Source of the DNA: Camelus dromedarius
Lineage: Eukaryota
Assembly: GCF_036321535.1 (NCBI RefSeq)
Contig: NC_087437.1
Coordinates: forward strand, 94,366,001-94,430,000
Direction: 5' to 3'
DNA length: 64,000 nt
Within the stretch, counting starts at the first letter, position 1, and each line of letters begins with the position of its first letter. The notes under the pieces were generated by a model that worked only from the letters and a program-made list of their open reading frames with translations, did not search any database and was not told the origin of the DNA. A program made the translations under genes and the position numbers. Positions 14,386 to 28,155 of this stretch are shown one piece after another.

Positions 14386-14555
14386 GGGGAGGGTGTAGCT
14401 CAAGTGGTAGAGCGCAAGCTTAACATGCATGAGGTCCTGGGTTCAATCCCCAGTACCTCCTCTAAAAAAATGAACAAGCCTAATTACCTCCCCACCATCA
14501 AAATAAAATAATAAATAATACAATAATAAATAAGTAAAACTGAAAAAGATTTTTA
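14386..14555 (+). mobile_element. tRNA-derived SINE, camelid Vic-1 type, with TSD
   Basis: Head GGGGAGGGTGTAGCTCAAGTGGTAGAGCG (A box), GGTTCAATCCC (B box) and A-rich tail. TSD aaaaccttatgta (14372-14384) / aagaccttatgta (14556-14568). Confidence 0.92.
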
Positions 14556-17500
14556 AAGACCTTATGTAGACGTGATCCAGTATTCCCCTCTATCTGGGAA
14601 GCGCAGAGGAAATCTTGTTGATTATCACATAAGTCCATGTGATGATGCCCATGCTTGGTCCACACTTCATTGACTAATGTTTCGGAGGGTTTTATTTTTT
14701 TCAATGTTGACCATCATAGGCATGAATTTAGAAAGGTCTTCATATTAGCTTTCTTTGACATTCTGTGGAATGTCTCTTAAAATTCCTGACTGGTCTTTTC
14801 TTCAAGGTCACAGAACAGAGTGAGTAACCCCATAACCCTGGTCTTATTAGCAGCATGGTTACTATAAATAAATTAACTGGCCCAGAGTCATCTTATTTAT
14901 GCATAATATTTATCTAAAACTATAATTCTTTGAGACTCTTTTTCTAACCAATAATCCATCATGCTTAAAAGAAATTGGCATCTGATGACCTCTACCACAC
15001 ACTATCTCTTTTACTATGTTTCTTCTCTTTTCTACCTAATATCAAGTCCTTCCCCTGCTTAGTTCGTCTTTCACATTAATGTCAGATGAATCTTTCCAAA
15101 ACATTATTTTTACCTTCAAGACAAAACTCAGATGTCACCTTTTCTGGAGATTTTGTTGGACCTCCTCTGGTTTAATTGTGCATATTGACATGTATCTGTT
15201 ATATCACTATATTGCAATAATTTATTTTAGACTACTCTTTAATATTGACTGCTGGGCCTGTGAAAGCAATGTTTACAGAAAATTTGTATAAATCTCCCAG
15301 ATAGTCAATATCTCCCACCTCTTAGAGTGTAAAATCTATAATTTTCTACTGCCTTGAAAATCAATAAAATTCTGACCCAATTTTTATCCTACTCAATCTA
15401 GACCTGTCTCTACCCTGAATTTCACCATGCCCATCTGGTAAAAAAATTTGGTCTTTGCCATAGATTTTCCAGACCTGTTAATACTATACACATTCACATT
15501 CTTCTTTAAAACAGAAATCAAGGTCCACATACTGCATGAAACTTTTCCTCACCATCTAACATATATTGATGTAGCTTCTCTAAACTTTTAGAGCTGCAGC
15601 TATACATATGAAAGCTTAGGTGCTGTTGTAAGCCTACTTGAGTTTATGCATCTTTGACCAGGGCAAGCTTATTAATGTGTTTTGATTTGGTTACTGTAGG
15701 TGTGGTCAGGAATGAGAAGAGTGCCTGCATCACAGGGTTGTTGTGATAGTTAAAGAAGGTAAAGCACCCCCCAAAAATTAAATATTGTCATTGCATAGAG
15801 TATATAACTTTAACATATAATAATAGAATATTTTCTCATTCTAATCCAATTAATGTGTTTACTTTTTTCCTGGTAAATTTGTGAGCATTTCAAGGACATA
15901 AATTTACACTTTCTTTGTACGTTTCACAATAGGAAAAATTCATTTTACTCAGTTTCATAAGGTAACTGCTTAATCCTTTTAATATTATAAAGGTGATTTG
16001 CAAAGTCATTACTTTACTCATTTATCGTGTATTTACCAAGAGCTCTAGACTTTGCTAGATGGACTCTTCAAAGCTATCGATTTGGATCCTTTTCTAAGAC
16101 AATATGTTATAACATTTGTAGGCATATGACATTTTCTTCCCATGGATGTATATCTTCTAATTGCATTCGTTAGTGCAATTTTTAAGGGGCATAATATTCT
16201 GAGACAGCACAAACTGATGTTCATTTTTCTTAATTTTTATAGCAATAATAAAAGAGAGACCCAGTGAAATATTTTTAGTTAATTTCTCTATAGTGTTTAC
16301 TGGCAAGCTTCAAGGGATCAACATGAAAAATGTAGGTGCTTTGTTAAGAGAAGGATTTTAGTAAAATATACAAAGTAAGGAAATTAAAATAAGAAAAAAG
16401 ATTTATTGAAAACCTCTTCTGAATCACCTCAGATGATTTTCTGTATTACAGTAGCATTACTAGTACTCAAGAAAAGCCAACCCAACTGAATATTAAAGGG
16501 AATTCTTTACCAAATGTTACAGTTGCAGGGAATCTTATATATATATATCATTCTTTTGCTATGTCCAATTAATTTGTTAGCATTAGTGGGATTTAGTTTT
16601 CACTTATCCTCAAACTTGTCATTTTAGAGACTTATTTAGCCACTGTTTGTTTTGTATTGTTACACATCTTGCCTCAGTAGGAATTTTACCAAAAAATCCT
16701 TAAGCTGGAATTCATGTCTAAGCTTAGAGGTTTCAAATTGAAATTCTAAGCACAATCAAGGTCATTTAATGTACTGCTTTGGAAGAAATCCAGAAAAGCA
16801 TTTGTCCTTTAGAGTTCCTGGAAAATACCAACAGTTACTGAAGAGGTAAAGCAAAAACAGCTTCAGAATTATAGAAAACTGGATTTTAGTTCACATACCC
16901 CATCGTTAAGACATTTTCAGAAACAAATTTTTAACATCTAAGATAAATGTGGTAATAGCATTTTTATTATTTGTAAGAAGATTCTTTTTTGTAAAGCAAG
17001 TCATGCTTCATCTCAACTGATTTGGAATTTTTGATTAATGTAAGTCTATCATGAAAAGGCAGCAACGTTCAATGCCATTGTCCTTCACATTCATTTTGAA
17101 ATTTCCTGAAGATGTATTGGAGAGTTCAGAGCTATTATTTTCTCTTATAGCTAGCTTTCTTAACGTTAACCGTAACTATAAAGAATATAATGATTTTTCA
17201 TTTGGAGTTAGTTTATGTAGTCCTCAGCTAGTGAAAAATAATAACTCTCCTTAATAATAAATAGCCTTGAGGATGAACTATACATAGGACCCAGTTACTA
17301 CATTTTCATTATTAACTTGAAAAATAAATTTGCCCATATCATTTATGGATTAAAGTTTAAGCCTATTACAATGATGTGTGGATTACGGAAATAGCCCTCT
17401 AAACCAAGATGAAGAGAACCTGCACAATGAAGAGACAGTGAAAGAAGAATGATACAAGATCAAACAAAATAACCAAAGAGAATGAGAAAATTGAGAGTGA

Positions 17501-20358
17501 GGACAAAGTTGAAAGTAGACAACTAGTATGAAACTTTGGGTTATATAGGAAGAAGTAAAAAAATGCAGATAGAAACTTATCATGAGTTGTACAGAAAGAA
17601 AAGTCAGAATTCTGAGGATTTTACAACTAAAAGAGAGCTTCTCTCAGACATCATGTTTACTATATTTTCTCCTGTGAATACTGCAGTGCATTTATTGATA
17701 TCTAGAACACATTCATATTCTAAAATCACTAAGACAAATGTTATCTTCCAAGAGCTAAAACTGTGTTATTTACATGAACCTGCTCTTCGGAAGCCTAGGA
17801 CATTTAATTCCATCTCATTTGATTTGGATCCTAAAGTCATCCGCAGAATAAATTGTGACACAACCTTTTATTACCCACAGGGATAAGCCACAGTAGAAAT
17901 GTACAGACTTAATGAGTTAGTGGTAGGCTAAAATTCTTGCCTGTGGCTTAGAAATCTCAAAATTCTAATACCAATATGATACTGTCATTCTCTTTCCTGT
18001 GTTCTCCCAGAAAAATAATCCAAGGCTTTTTAACGCAGAAACACAGTGCTTTTACCAGTCATGATATTATGATGATATCATTTAGGTGAAAGTTTTAACT
18101 GCACCCCTTTGGGGAATTTTCTTTGCCTTCGTAGTTTTGCATGGACAATTGCTTTTTCCATTCATCTCTTTTCTTTTTGTGTCTTTATTTCATTTCTTTC
18201 TAAAAATCATTTTTGTAAATTTTAAAAAAGACATACTGGCATGAGAAGTCAGGTTTGAAGGTAACTTAAACTCTAAAAAAATCAAGTTTCATAGTTTTTC
18301 AAAAAAGTCTCAGATAATTCTATGGAGTTCCATTAAGGTTCTTGAATTTTATTTCTCATTATGGCACCAGTTAATCTTCTTGGCTCTAAAGTAAGTTCCT
18401 AGGACAAAATGACAGTCTTACATCTATAACCACAGTTTCTGGTAACTCAGCAGGGCCACAGGCCAAAATACTCTCCCAGAGGAGCAATGGGCCCAGGCCC
18501 AAATACAGCTCAGGAGATCGATTGTAATAAAGCTACTATTTCTTTTTCAGACTATTCATTCTTAAATAAGGAAATATTTGAACTAAAACCCAGGGACTGC
18601 AACATACATAACTTCCTAATTTTTCCCAATCTTTTCAAACAGTCTGTAGTACAAATTGAGAAGGCTACTAAATAGGGAAATTTTAAAAGAATGGCTTAAT
18701 ACATAATTGTTGGATAAATGGGTGAATGGCTGAGTGAATGGAATGCTTATCTAAGGATGTCCACTTAGTGCAATTATTCAAACTGAATTCAGGTGGAGAG
18801 TCACGTATATCTTAAAGATCCTACATAATTCATTAGAAGGAAGCACAATAGAAAACCCCAAAACGTAGCATAATTGTATTCCTGTTATTTTGATTGCTTA
18901 TCAACTAGTCATCTTCTACTAAAGCAAGTTTTCATCAGTATGAATGAAGCTCTGTTCAACTTTGTTTACCATTAACACTCAGCAAATATACCCAACTATA
19001 TCAGGATGGGATTATCTAAAATATGATAATCTTAGCATTAGTGGGATTTAGTTTTGTGATGTTTCTTTTTATGTGGTGCCTTCTGATAACCAGGATTACT
19101 TAGAAACTCAGAGTCACTGAAAATTAGGACATCCACATCCAACCTCACCATTAGAAATTCTATTCTACCTAAAGAAGCAAGTTGAAAAATGTCTTCTGCT
19201 ACCTCTGGAGACTGGTGCTAGAGGATACAGGAACCAGGGCAGGAGCAAAGGATAAGAAGTAGATTAAAGGGGATTTTATTTTTAACTTTATACCATTTAA
19301 ACTATGTTCATTTTTTTCTGAGTATTTTTATACTAAAAATGATTAGTTAAGTACAGTACTCAGATCCAGAAGTATAACACTTATATCTAAGGGATATGTG
19401 GTTTGCTTATGTATAAGATGAATCTTTTTTTCTGAAGTAGTGCTATGATATACTTGCTTCCAATCACTGTGATTCATGCTGGATATACCCATCAGTATAT
19501 CCTGGATGCCAGTGACCATGACTCTAAGAGGTTGTGTGCTAGGTAGTTAATGGTCTTACACACATACCAAACACACGCACACATATATACAGTCCATCTG
19601 AAGGTAAAGGATCCATCACAGTGTAGAGACGTTAGTTAACATTATCCACTGTTGCTAGCATAAAGCCCATGGTCACTGTGGGCCACAGCACTGAATTCCA
19701 GGACACTTCACCCACATATTCACTGTGATACATATGTGGATGAATCTTGCCCACTTCACAACATGCCAGAGATCCCCATTAGGGCTTTTATGCCTATTAT
19801 GGTCATTTGTTCAATACACATCAGTTAAATGACTACTATGTGTCAATCAAACAAGGTCATGGAGATGCCAAGATAAAATATGACTTCTGTCCTATCTCTT
19901 AGAGTGATTTTGCATTTGCATGGGCTGATCTCCCCCATAGCCCCACAATGAATAACCTGTCTTAATTTATAGCCCTGATGATGATTTCTACCCTCTTCTC
20001 TCATAATTTCTTTGTTCATGGGTTACTAACTCCCATGGTGAACTCAACATTTTAATGAATCAGTATAACTTTACAAAATAAACACACTGATTTTTAGAAA
20101 CTTAAAAAAAAAAAAATCCCTGAGCCTAGAATAGTAAGATTGCTAATTTTCTTAGCTCCATTTCATTCATTCCTTTCCATCCTTCAAGTACTTAAAAACA
20201 AAGAAACAAACAAAAAACCTTTAAACATTAAACACCTTAATCCTGGAAGGTACGCTTAAATTTTCATGCTTTCATTTTCTTTCTTGCCAATTTGGCTATA
20301 AAATTCCTCCCAGCCTGTACTAATCCATTTACTGAGAAAAATAAAGAAGACTCCAGCT

Positions 20359-20382
20359 AAAAAAAAAAAAAAAAAAAAAAAA
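20359..20382. repeat. Poly(A) run, about 24 nt
   Basis: Directly visible. Confidence 0.95.
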
Positions 20383-20795
20383 CCTGTGAAGACTTATATT
20401 CATTATATTCATAAGAATGTTCATATTTGGTAATTGGATGTTTGCAGCCCCTTAATACTTCCTTATGAAGTCAGCCATCAGTAAAAGAATGCACATGTTT
20501 TCCCAGCTTGGTAGAGAGGAATTACAAAAGGAGGAAGGATCACAATCCTGCGAAGTTTGGTCCTTCTGAGAATATGAAAAACCTAATCGTCAGGGGGATA
20601 ATGAAACCTAGATATGAGTCTGACTCGCCCCACTGGGGTTTTATAAAACATTTTAGGAAATCAACTGAGATGAGAAGTATCTTCTCTATTTAATATAATA
20701 TGAGAAGACTTTTGAAAGAGTTAATATGGTTATTTGTTCTAAAAAAATTCAGTTGAGTCTAGGGCATCTAGACACAGAGTATTAGAGTCCTGGCA

Positions 20796-20881
20796 ATATA
20801 CAGGAAGGCTTTGAATGAATCCCTACAGGAGAATAACATGTGATTGTGACATCCATGCTTATTCAAAGCCTTCCTGTATAT
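20796..20881. repeat. Perfect 21-bp inverted repeat with a 44-bp spacer, abutting a (TA)n run
   Basis: atatacaggaaggctttgaat (20796-20816) is the exact reverse complement of attcaaagccttcctgtatat (20861-20881). (TA)n continues to about 20899. Confidence 0.95.
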
Positions 20882-21219
20882 ATATATATATATATATATG
20901 CGTCTACTTAAATTTAAATGGAAAAGTGGAGATTATAAGTACCCAGAGATAACCACTTTCCATAAGAATGACAGAACAGGCATAGAAATGTCCATGGTGC
21001 TTAGTGTTTTCTCTGCTAGGATAGCCTTCTCTGATTTGTCAGCCTTTAGTATATCTGGCTTATGTATTGCCTATATGTTTCTTATATTTTTGAGATGTAT
21101 TTTATGTATCAGATCATATTTATTATTGTTATCACAATGATAATTATAATATGGTGCTGATAGTAATCTTACAGAACTTTACATTTGCATCAAGCTGTAC
21201 TGTAATTAATTATGGAAAA

Positions 21220-22045
21220 AATGCAAAATAATATTTAGATAAATTATAAGTATGAGAGAAAGAATAATAAAAAGTAAATATCATGTATCCATTCATCATC
21301 TTAAGAGAAAGAATATCACCTAGTACCTTGTAAATGCCTGAGATTCCATACTCAAATTCATCTTCTTCCCTAATCCTTCCCTCCCAAAAATTCTACCATG
21401 CATTTTGTTTTTACTTCTGCTTTATTTTTTAAATAAGTACTTTAGCATTTCTGTCTGCATATATGAAAAATATTTATTTTTACATGTTTTGAGCATTATA
21501 TGATTGGAATTATACTACATGTGTATATGGGTATTCTGTGATAGATTATGATTGCTTACCTTACATCAAAGTGCATTTTTAAAAAAAGTATTCATGTTAA
21601 TTCAAGACAAATTTATTTATTCATATTTGATAGAATATTCCATTGAATGTAAAAAAAAAACCCAAATTTAATTTATTCATTTATCTATTCTCCTCTAAAT
21701 GCTTATTAGGGTGATTTGGAGATATTTTTCTATTACAAAATATCAGTAATGCAAGGGACATTTTTGTACATTTCTCTAGGTTCACATGTGCAAATGTATC
21801 TTTAGAGTGTATAATTAGAACCGATGAGTAGTAGGATTTGTCTGTCTTCAACTTCTCTATGAAATTCAGATTTATTTTCAAAATGTTTTTACCAATTTCA
21901 AGTCCCACCAAAATAATACAAGTTTTCCCATTGCTTCTCATCCCTGACAGCATTTGGTTTTGTCCGATTATTAAATTTTTGTCGGTCTGGATGTGAAATG
22001 GTATCTCATTATGTTTAAAATTTACATTTAATTTGCATTTCTCTG
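21220..22045 (-). mobile_element. Ancient L1 (L1ME-like) 3'UTR and ORF2 end
   Basis: 'tagaatattccattgaatg' and 'tgtgaaatggtatctcatt...taatttgcatttctctg'. ORF 21681-22115 retains degenerate ORF2-like text. Confidence 0.8.
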
Positions 22046-22312
22046 GGGGACTGTCAAGCAAGAGCTGCAGATCTGGAGGAAGCAAGAGGCACAGCTGCTC
22101 TGAGAGAAGCCCCAAATGTAGAAAGAGGCATGAAACTCCGTGGCTCTTCTCTCCTCACACCTCCTATTCCATAAGTGCCCCCAATTGGAAAAGCCTCCCC
22201 AGGAACCTGAGATTAAGAAAGCCTGGGGACAGGGTATAATTACCTGATATACAGATCAGAGCAGAAAAGGGTGGAAAATGAATCTGAAATCAAATATGAA
22301 AAAGGCTATCAC
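22046..22312 (-). mobile_element. ERVL LTR fragment (LTR33-like)
   Basis: 'gtgcccccaattgg' and 'cagagcagaaaagggtggaaaatgaatctg...tatcaca' resemble antisense LTR33 as I recall it. Confidence 0.5.
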
Positions 22313-22534
22313 AGCTATACAAGATTTAACTGGAATGTCTCTTCCACTAGAGTACAAGCTCAGTGAAGAAATGCACTTTTGGTTTTCTTGTTCCTTTTGG
22401 TTACAAGAGTTCCTGGCACATGAGAAGGACTCGGTAAATACTGCATGAATGAGTGAATGGTCAAGACCCACAAAGGTCATAGCTTTTCACATATTTATAT
22501 ATTATTTGAGAATTGAATTATTAAATTGTTATAA

Positions 22535-23200
22535 TTTAAAGACTATTTTTAGAGCAGTTTTAAGTTCATAGAAAAATTGAGAAGAACACACAAAGATTCC
22601 CCATACACTTCTTGTCCCCACAAATGCATAGCTTCCTGTGTTATCAACACCCCCCACCAATCCCGTGACAGAGCGTGCATCTGTTACAATTAACGAGCCT
22701 ACGTTGACTCATCATAATCACCAAAGGTCCAGAGTTTACATTAGGGTTCATTGTTGCTCTTGTACATTCTTATGAGTTCTGACAAATATGGAATGACATG
22801 CATCCCCCGTTGTAATATCACAGAATTTCACTGCTCTAGAAATGCTCTGTGCTCTGCTTATTCATCCCTCCACCCCTCAGCCTCCGGCAACCACTGATCT
22901 TTTTTACTGTCTCCATTGTTTTGCCTTTTCCAGAATGTCATGTAGCTGAAATCATACAGTATGTAGCCTTCTCATACTGCCTTCTTTTACTTAGTAATAT
23001 ACATTTTTATAGCATCTTCCATGTCTTTTCATGGTTTGATAGCTCATTTCTTCTTAATGTTGATTAATATGTCTCTGTCTGGATGTACCACAGTTTATCT
23101 ATCCATTCATCTACTGAAGGACACCTTAGTTGCTTCCAAGTTTTGGCAATTATGAACAAAGCTGCTAAAAATATTTGTGTGCAGGCTTTTGTGTGGATGA
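22535..23200 (-). mobile_element. L1MC-like 3' end
   Basis: 'tttttagagcagttttaagttcatagaaaaattgag' terminus. ORF 23064-23261 gives TKACTQIFLAALFIIAKTWKQLRCPSVDEWIDKLWYI (ORF2 end). Confidence 0.9.
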
Positions 23201-23399
23201 GTGTGGGACATAGAAGGAAATGATCCTCAAAAGTCCCTGTACTTCTGAGATAATTTTCCAAGATTCAATAGTATTCTGAATTTCATCCTTCTCCTGCCTC
23301 TAGCATATATATGAGGAATAATTCACTCATATCTTACCTTCATATTTATTTCTGCCCCTGATGAAATAACAAGCACTTATCTAACCGTTATCACCAAGG

Positions 23400-23810
23400 C
23401 TCTCTTCCCCATCCATCTGTATAGGTCCTTCCGCCTACCCCAACCCTCTACTCTTTTTACACTGTGCTCCCTAAGCCTACTCTTCTCCTCTTTCATCCTT
23501 GTACCTGAGTTGTGTTTCTTCTAGTTCTACACATGGCTGACTTATTCTTATGTGTAAGATATTCATTTAAATGTCACCTCCTCAAAGAGTCTTTCTCTGC
23601 CCACCTGTGTACTCTGGTCCTTTTCTCTTTGTCATCTACTGTGCATTTTTTTTTTTAATATAAATTGGCATGGTCTATAGTTACTCAATTCTATTTGTTT
23701 TCTTAATGATCTGTTTCAACCTATGGGGAAAAGAAATTTGTAGGTTTATTTCATGCTATGTCTGCAGAGACTGACATAATACCTGACAGCTCCATACATT
23801 TATGAATCTT
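23400..23810 (+). mobile_element. L2 3' fragment
   Basis: 'atggctgacttattctta...ttaaatgtcacctcctcaaagag' and tail 'atttatgaat'. Confidence 0.6.
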
Positions 23811-25929
23811 CCAAAGGCACCATTTTTTTTCTTAGATAAGTGGATTAGTTTTAAAATTACAGAAAAATGTGATTTTCACTAATATATGACAACCATATTG
23901 AATTTGTGTGTAGTGGATAATGTTACACAAGGGTGTACCCTCATGTTAAGAGGACAGGAAAATAATTAACTTTGCTTTATCACACAACTCTTTGTACTGG
24001 TACATTATTTGCTCCAGGATATTGATCATAAAGCCCCTTTTATAAAGACAAAAGTAATTTTGTAAAGGCAAAAATAATTTATTGGCTATCAAAAACCTGT
24101 CTAAATCTAATTTTGCAATATAAACATCCCCAATTTCTCCAATATTGTAAGCATATTATATTATTTTGGCTCTCCTTACCCTCCAAGTCATTCTTCTCTG
24201 GAAACACCCCAGGTTATTATATCCTCTTAAAGTGCCAAGTCTGGAAATTGATAGTTCTCTAAGTTGTGCAGAAGAGAGCAGGAACATAAACTCTATCACT
24301 GTGCTACTGCTGAAAAATATAAATCCCTAAGCTTGATGGGAGATTGGCATTGATTCCTTGATGTTTTTAATACCTAATAGGAAAAATATAGATTATCAAT
24401 CTCACTCATTTCAAAGGCTAAAAATGTAAATATATGTTAAAATGTTAGAAATGTTTTCACAGAAATTGCTTAATATTCATGATTAATTGCAAACATCCTC
24501 ATTAAACAACACCTATCATCTAGTTAGCTAATTTAATTTATTGGGCAAATAAAGAATTTTCAAGTGTATCGGCTAACCTTTCAGAATTAAAGAAAGTGGT
24601 AAATATAAAATTGTAAAAATAAAATTAGAAACAATTTTGAAATGACCTCACATTGTTTAAAAATTATGCCACTATAGCTTTGAATCACATTTTGAGTTGA
24701 ATAGTATCCTTAAACTATGTAACCAAACTGGCGATAGTTGAGGAAGCTAAGACTTATAAAATTAAACTGCTTACCCAAGCTCTAGCAGCAGACCAGTGGT
24801 AGAATTCTTGCCTTGTGACTTACAGTTTGTTTCTTCTTCAGTTACTCCGTGTTGTTTCATATCCAGGAAGGATAATCCCACAAACTGAAAAAGAAATGAT
24901 TATTTATAAAGTTTACTGCCTATTTTATTATGAGAGCTCAAATGATGAAGTATAAAGATAGCAGTGTTTACAGACTAAAGACATGGTATCAGCATCTTAT
25001 TCCCATATCAGCTGGGTATTACTGAACAATCACTTAATTCTGTCAAGCTGGAGTTTCCTTAGAGGATAATAAGAAATATTAAATATACCTGTAAAACTCT
25101 AAAATACAATCAACTATTTTTGAGCAGCTCAGCCCTATGTTACTTCATATGTCAGGTCAAGTAAATCCTTTCATGCTCCTGAATAAAAACCTTCATGACA
25201 AAAAACATTATCCGATTATTTAGGTTAAGTTTTCTTATTTGTCCAGCACATTTAGGGACCAAGTTATTTTAGATGATCACTTTTTACAATTTTCATCAAA
25301 TATGTAGATTCCCCTCTTTTAAATCAGATTAAATACATGAGAATAAAACAAAATATACAATGTTGTTAATGAAATCATTCTGAAGATAGAACACATGTAT
25401 CACAATCATTTTTGTGACTATCAGTTTTATGGGACAATGTGTAAAGAAAATGATTTTATATGCTAAAATTTTTTCAGCTGTTTAAATACTAGATAAATTA
25501 CAATTCTATTATGATTGCAAGATATCTTGAAAGAATGATCAAACCAAGGGCATAAAAGCAAACTTTATTGAGTTTTATGTTTGTCAATAGATCAATGAAA
25601 TATGTCACATAGATTCTTGTATTGTAAACCAACATTTATTTGGAAATCATAAATTTGAATATCTCTCTTGCTTAAAGAATCTTAATTCACAAAGATTAAC
25701 ATAGTAAATAATATGGATACAAGGGAGTGATGCAATTATAAAAGCCTTTGAAGTGGTACATGGAAGAAGTCCATTTTCAGGGTCCCTGTTCAGTGTTCTA
25801 TCAGCTTTTTCTAAAAAGAGAAAATACAAAAGCTGGAAGCCAAAGAATTATATGCATTAGAGACTTTTTGTGCTGGGAGGATAGGAGCTATTGGATCATA
25901 ATGCCCATAATTTTGTGAATATAGAATTG

Positions 25930-26700
25930 TTTCCTATACCATTACCCACTTCTTTGTCTGGACTACATAAATGGCTCAAGCGAAGGGGCTTTTTGCTATG
26001 TCTCTTAGGAAACAATTCCTCAGCCTAACAGACCTAACAATGCTGCCTTTTCTATGACAGTCACTCAAAAATTTCCTATACTCAATTTTATCCCATTACT
26101 CCTGGTTATTTTCTCTCTACTAACCTAAAATTTGCTTCTTTTATCCTCCTTTTTACCCTATAGATGCTCTCAAGTGATTGAATTTCCCATTAGTCTTTTC
26201 ACCAAATTAAATGGATACTGTCTTTTAATCTCTGTCCACTAATCATTTCATTTAGACCTTAAATCATTTTTATTGTCCCTTCTTGAAATTTTGTTTGTTC
26301 ACATTTTTTCTCATATTGAGAAATCTATATTTCTTCTCTGTACTGTGGACCATGTTTAAATAAATTTAACCAGTCTATTTCTGCCTAGTCTAATCTCACC
26401 TTCCAGAGATGATTCTTTTCTGTTGTCCTCAATAAAATTTATGCCTCAGTTGCACTTACTAACTCCACTATTAATTATGCATCCTATAGTTTTGGGGTGT
26501 TTTGTATCCTTGACTATGCAATTTCATAAGCTTCTTAATAAGATAGAATGCTTCCCCTCCTTTTTGGGGCTCACAGTGTCCATTGAACTGTTACCTATAG
26601 ATAATGTTAAAAAGCAAACTGGTTCATCAACTTTAGCCAGAAACTGCACTTACAAATGTCATACCCCATACTTAAGAATGGAAACCATGAAGTTTTGGAA
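25930..26700 (-). mobile_element. Possible highly decayed CR1/L3 LINE fragment
   Basis: 'ccttaaatcatttttattgtcccttcttgaa' and 'tagtcttttcaccaaattaaa' resemble antisense L3. Weak match. Confidence 0.3.
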
Positions 26701-26797
26701 TAATTGTATCTATCTAAATGCTTCCTATAGCAATGACTTCCTTCCCACCTAAAAAATCTGCTCAGGCTTTCCAAGCTAGAGAAATTTGAAGGGAGAC

Positions 26798-28155
26798 TAA
26801 AACTAGACAGCTACATGTAAAAAAAATGAAGTTAGAACATTCTCTAATACCATATGCAAAAATAAACTCAAAATGGATTAAAGACCTAAATATAAGACCA
26901 GATGCTGTAAAACTCCTACAGGAGAACATAGGCAGAACACTCTTTGATATAAATTTCAGCAATGTTTTTTCAAACCGGCTTCTAGAGTAACGAAAATAAA
27001 AGCAAAAATAAACAAATGGGACCTGATTAAACTGAAAAGCTTTTGAACAGCAAAGGGCCATAAACAAACTAAAAAGACAACCTATGGAATGGGAGAAAAT
27101 ATTTGCAAATGACACGACCAACAAGGGACTAATTTCCAAAATATACAAACAGCTCACACAGCTTAATAAAAACAAACAAACAAAGAAACAAACTTAATTA
27201 AAAAATGGGCAGAAGACCTAAATACACATTTCTCCAAAGAAGACATCCAGATCATCACCAGGCACATGAAAAGATGCTCAATTTTGCTAATTATTAGAGA
27301 AACACAAATCAAAACTGCAATGAGATATCACTTCATACCAGTCAGAATGGCCATCATTAAAAAGTCTACAAAGGATAAATGCTGGAGAGGGTGTGGAGAA
27401 AAGTGCCTCCTACACTATTGGTGGCAATATAGTTTGGTGCAGCTACTATGGAGAACAGTATGGAGGTTCCTTAAAAAACTAAAGATAGTCTTACCATATG
27501 ACCCAACAATCCCACTCCTAGGCATATATCCAGAGAAAACTATACTTTGAAAACATACATGCACCCCAGTGTTCACAGTAGCATTATTTACAATAGCCGA
27601 GACACGGAAACAACCTAAATGCCCATCGACAGATGACTGGATAAAGAAGATGTGCTATATATATATACAATGGGATACTACTTAGCTATAAAAAGAATGA
27701 AATAATGCCATTTGTAGTAACATGGATGGACCTAGAGATTATCATATTGAGTGAAGTAAGTAAGGCAGAGAAAGACAAATATCATATGATGTCACTTACA
27801 TATGGAATCTAAAAAAAAAAAAAGAAAGATACAACTTCTATTTACAAACCAAAAACAGACTCATGGGCATAGAAAACAAACTATGGTTACCAAAGGGGAA
27901 AGGGCTGAGAAGGGTAAAATTAAGGGTTGGGGATTAATAAACATATACTACTATATATAAAATAGATAACTATATAGGACTTCCTGTATAGTACGGGGAA
28001 CTCTATTTCAATTTCTTATAATAACATACAATGGTTAAACATCTGAAAAGAAAAAATATGTACATAAGTATATGTATAACTGAATCACTTCGCTCTATAT
28101 CTGAAATTAACATTGTATATCAAATACACTTCAATAAAAATTAAGAAAAAAAACA
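26798..28155 (+). mobile_element. 5'-truncated LINE-1 (about 1.35 kb: ORF2 C-terminus, 3'UTR, A-tail)
   Basis: ORF 27266-27550 ([12 protein letters not shown]...CWRGCGEK...[16 protein letters not shown]). The 3'UTR ends 'acttcaataaaaattaagaaaaaaaa'. No clear TSD. Confidence 0.96.

Noticed and set aside
14386..14460. tRNA gene
   Set aside because: A and B boxes are present, but they are followed by a SINE body, an A-tail and a TSD, and a second decayed copy lies at 30799. It is a SINE.
17385..17530. Purine-rich stretch translating to acidic peptides (processed pseudogene?)
   Set aside because: The frames are short and interrupted, there is no recognisable protein, and there is no poly(A) or TSD.
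18453..18520. Imperfect ~35-bp tandem duplication (similar small ones at 52413-52452 and 61477-61497)
   Set aside because: Ordinary short slippage duplications with no further structure.
16577..19055. CRISPR-like array from the 24-bp repeat
   Set aside because: There are only two copies 2.4 kb apart, the context is eukaryotic, and there are no spacers or cas genes.
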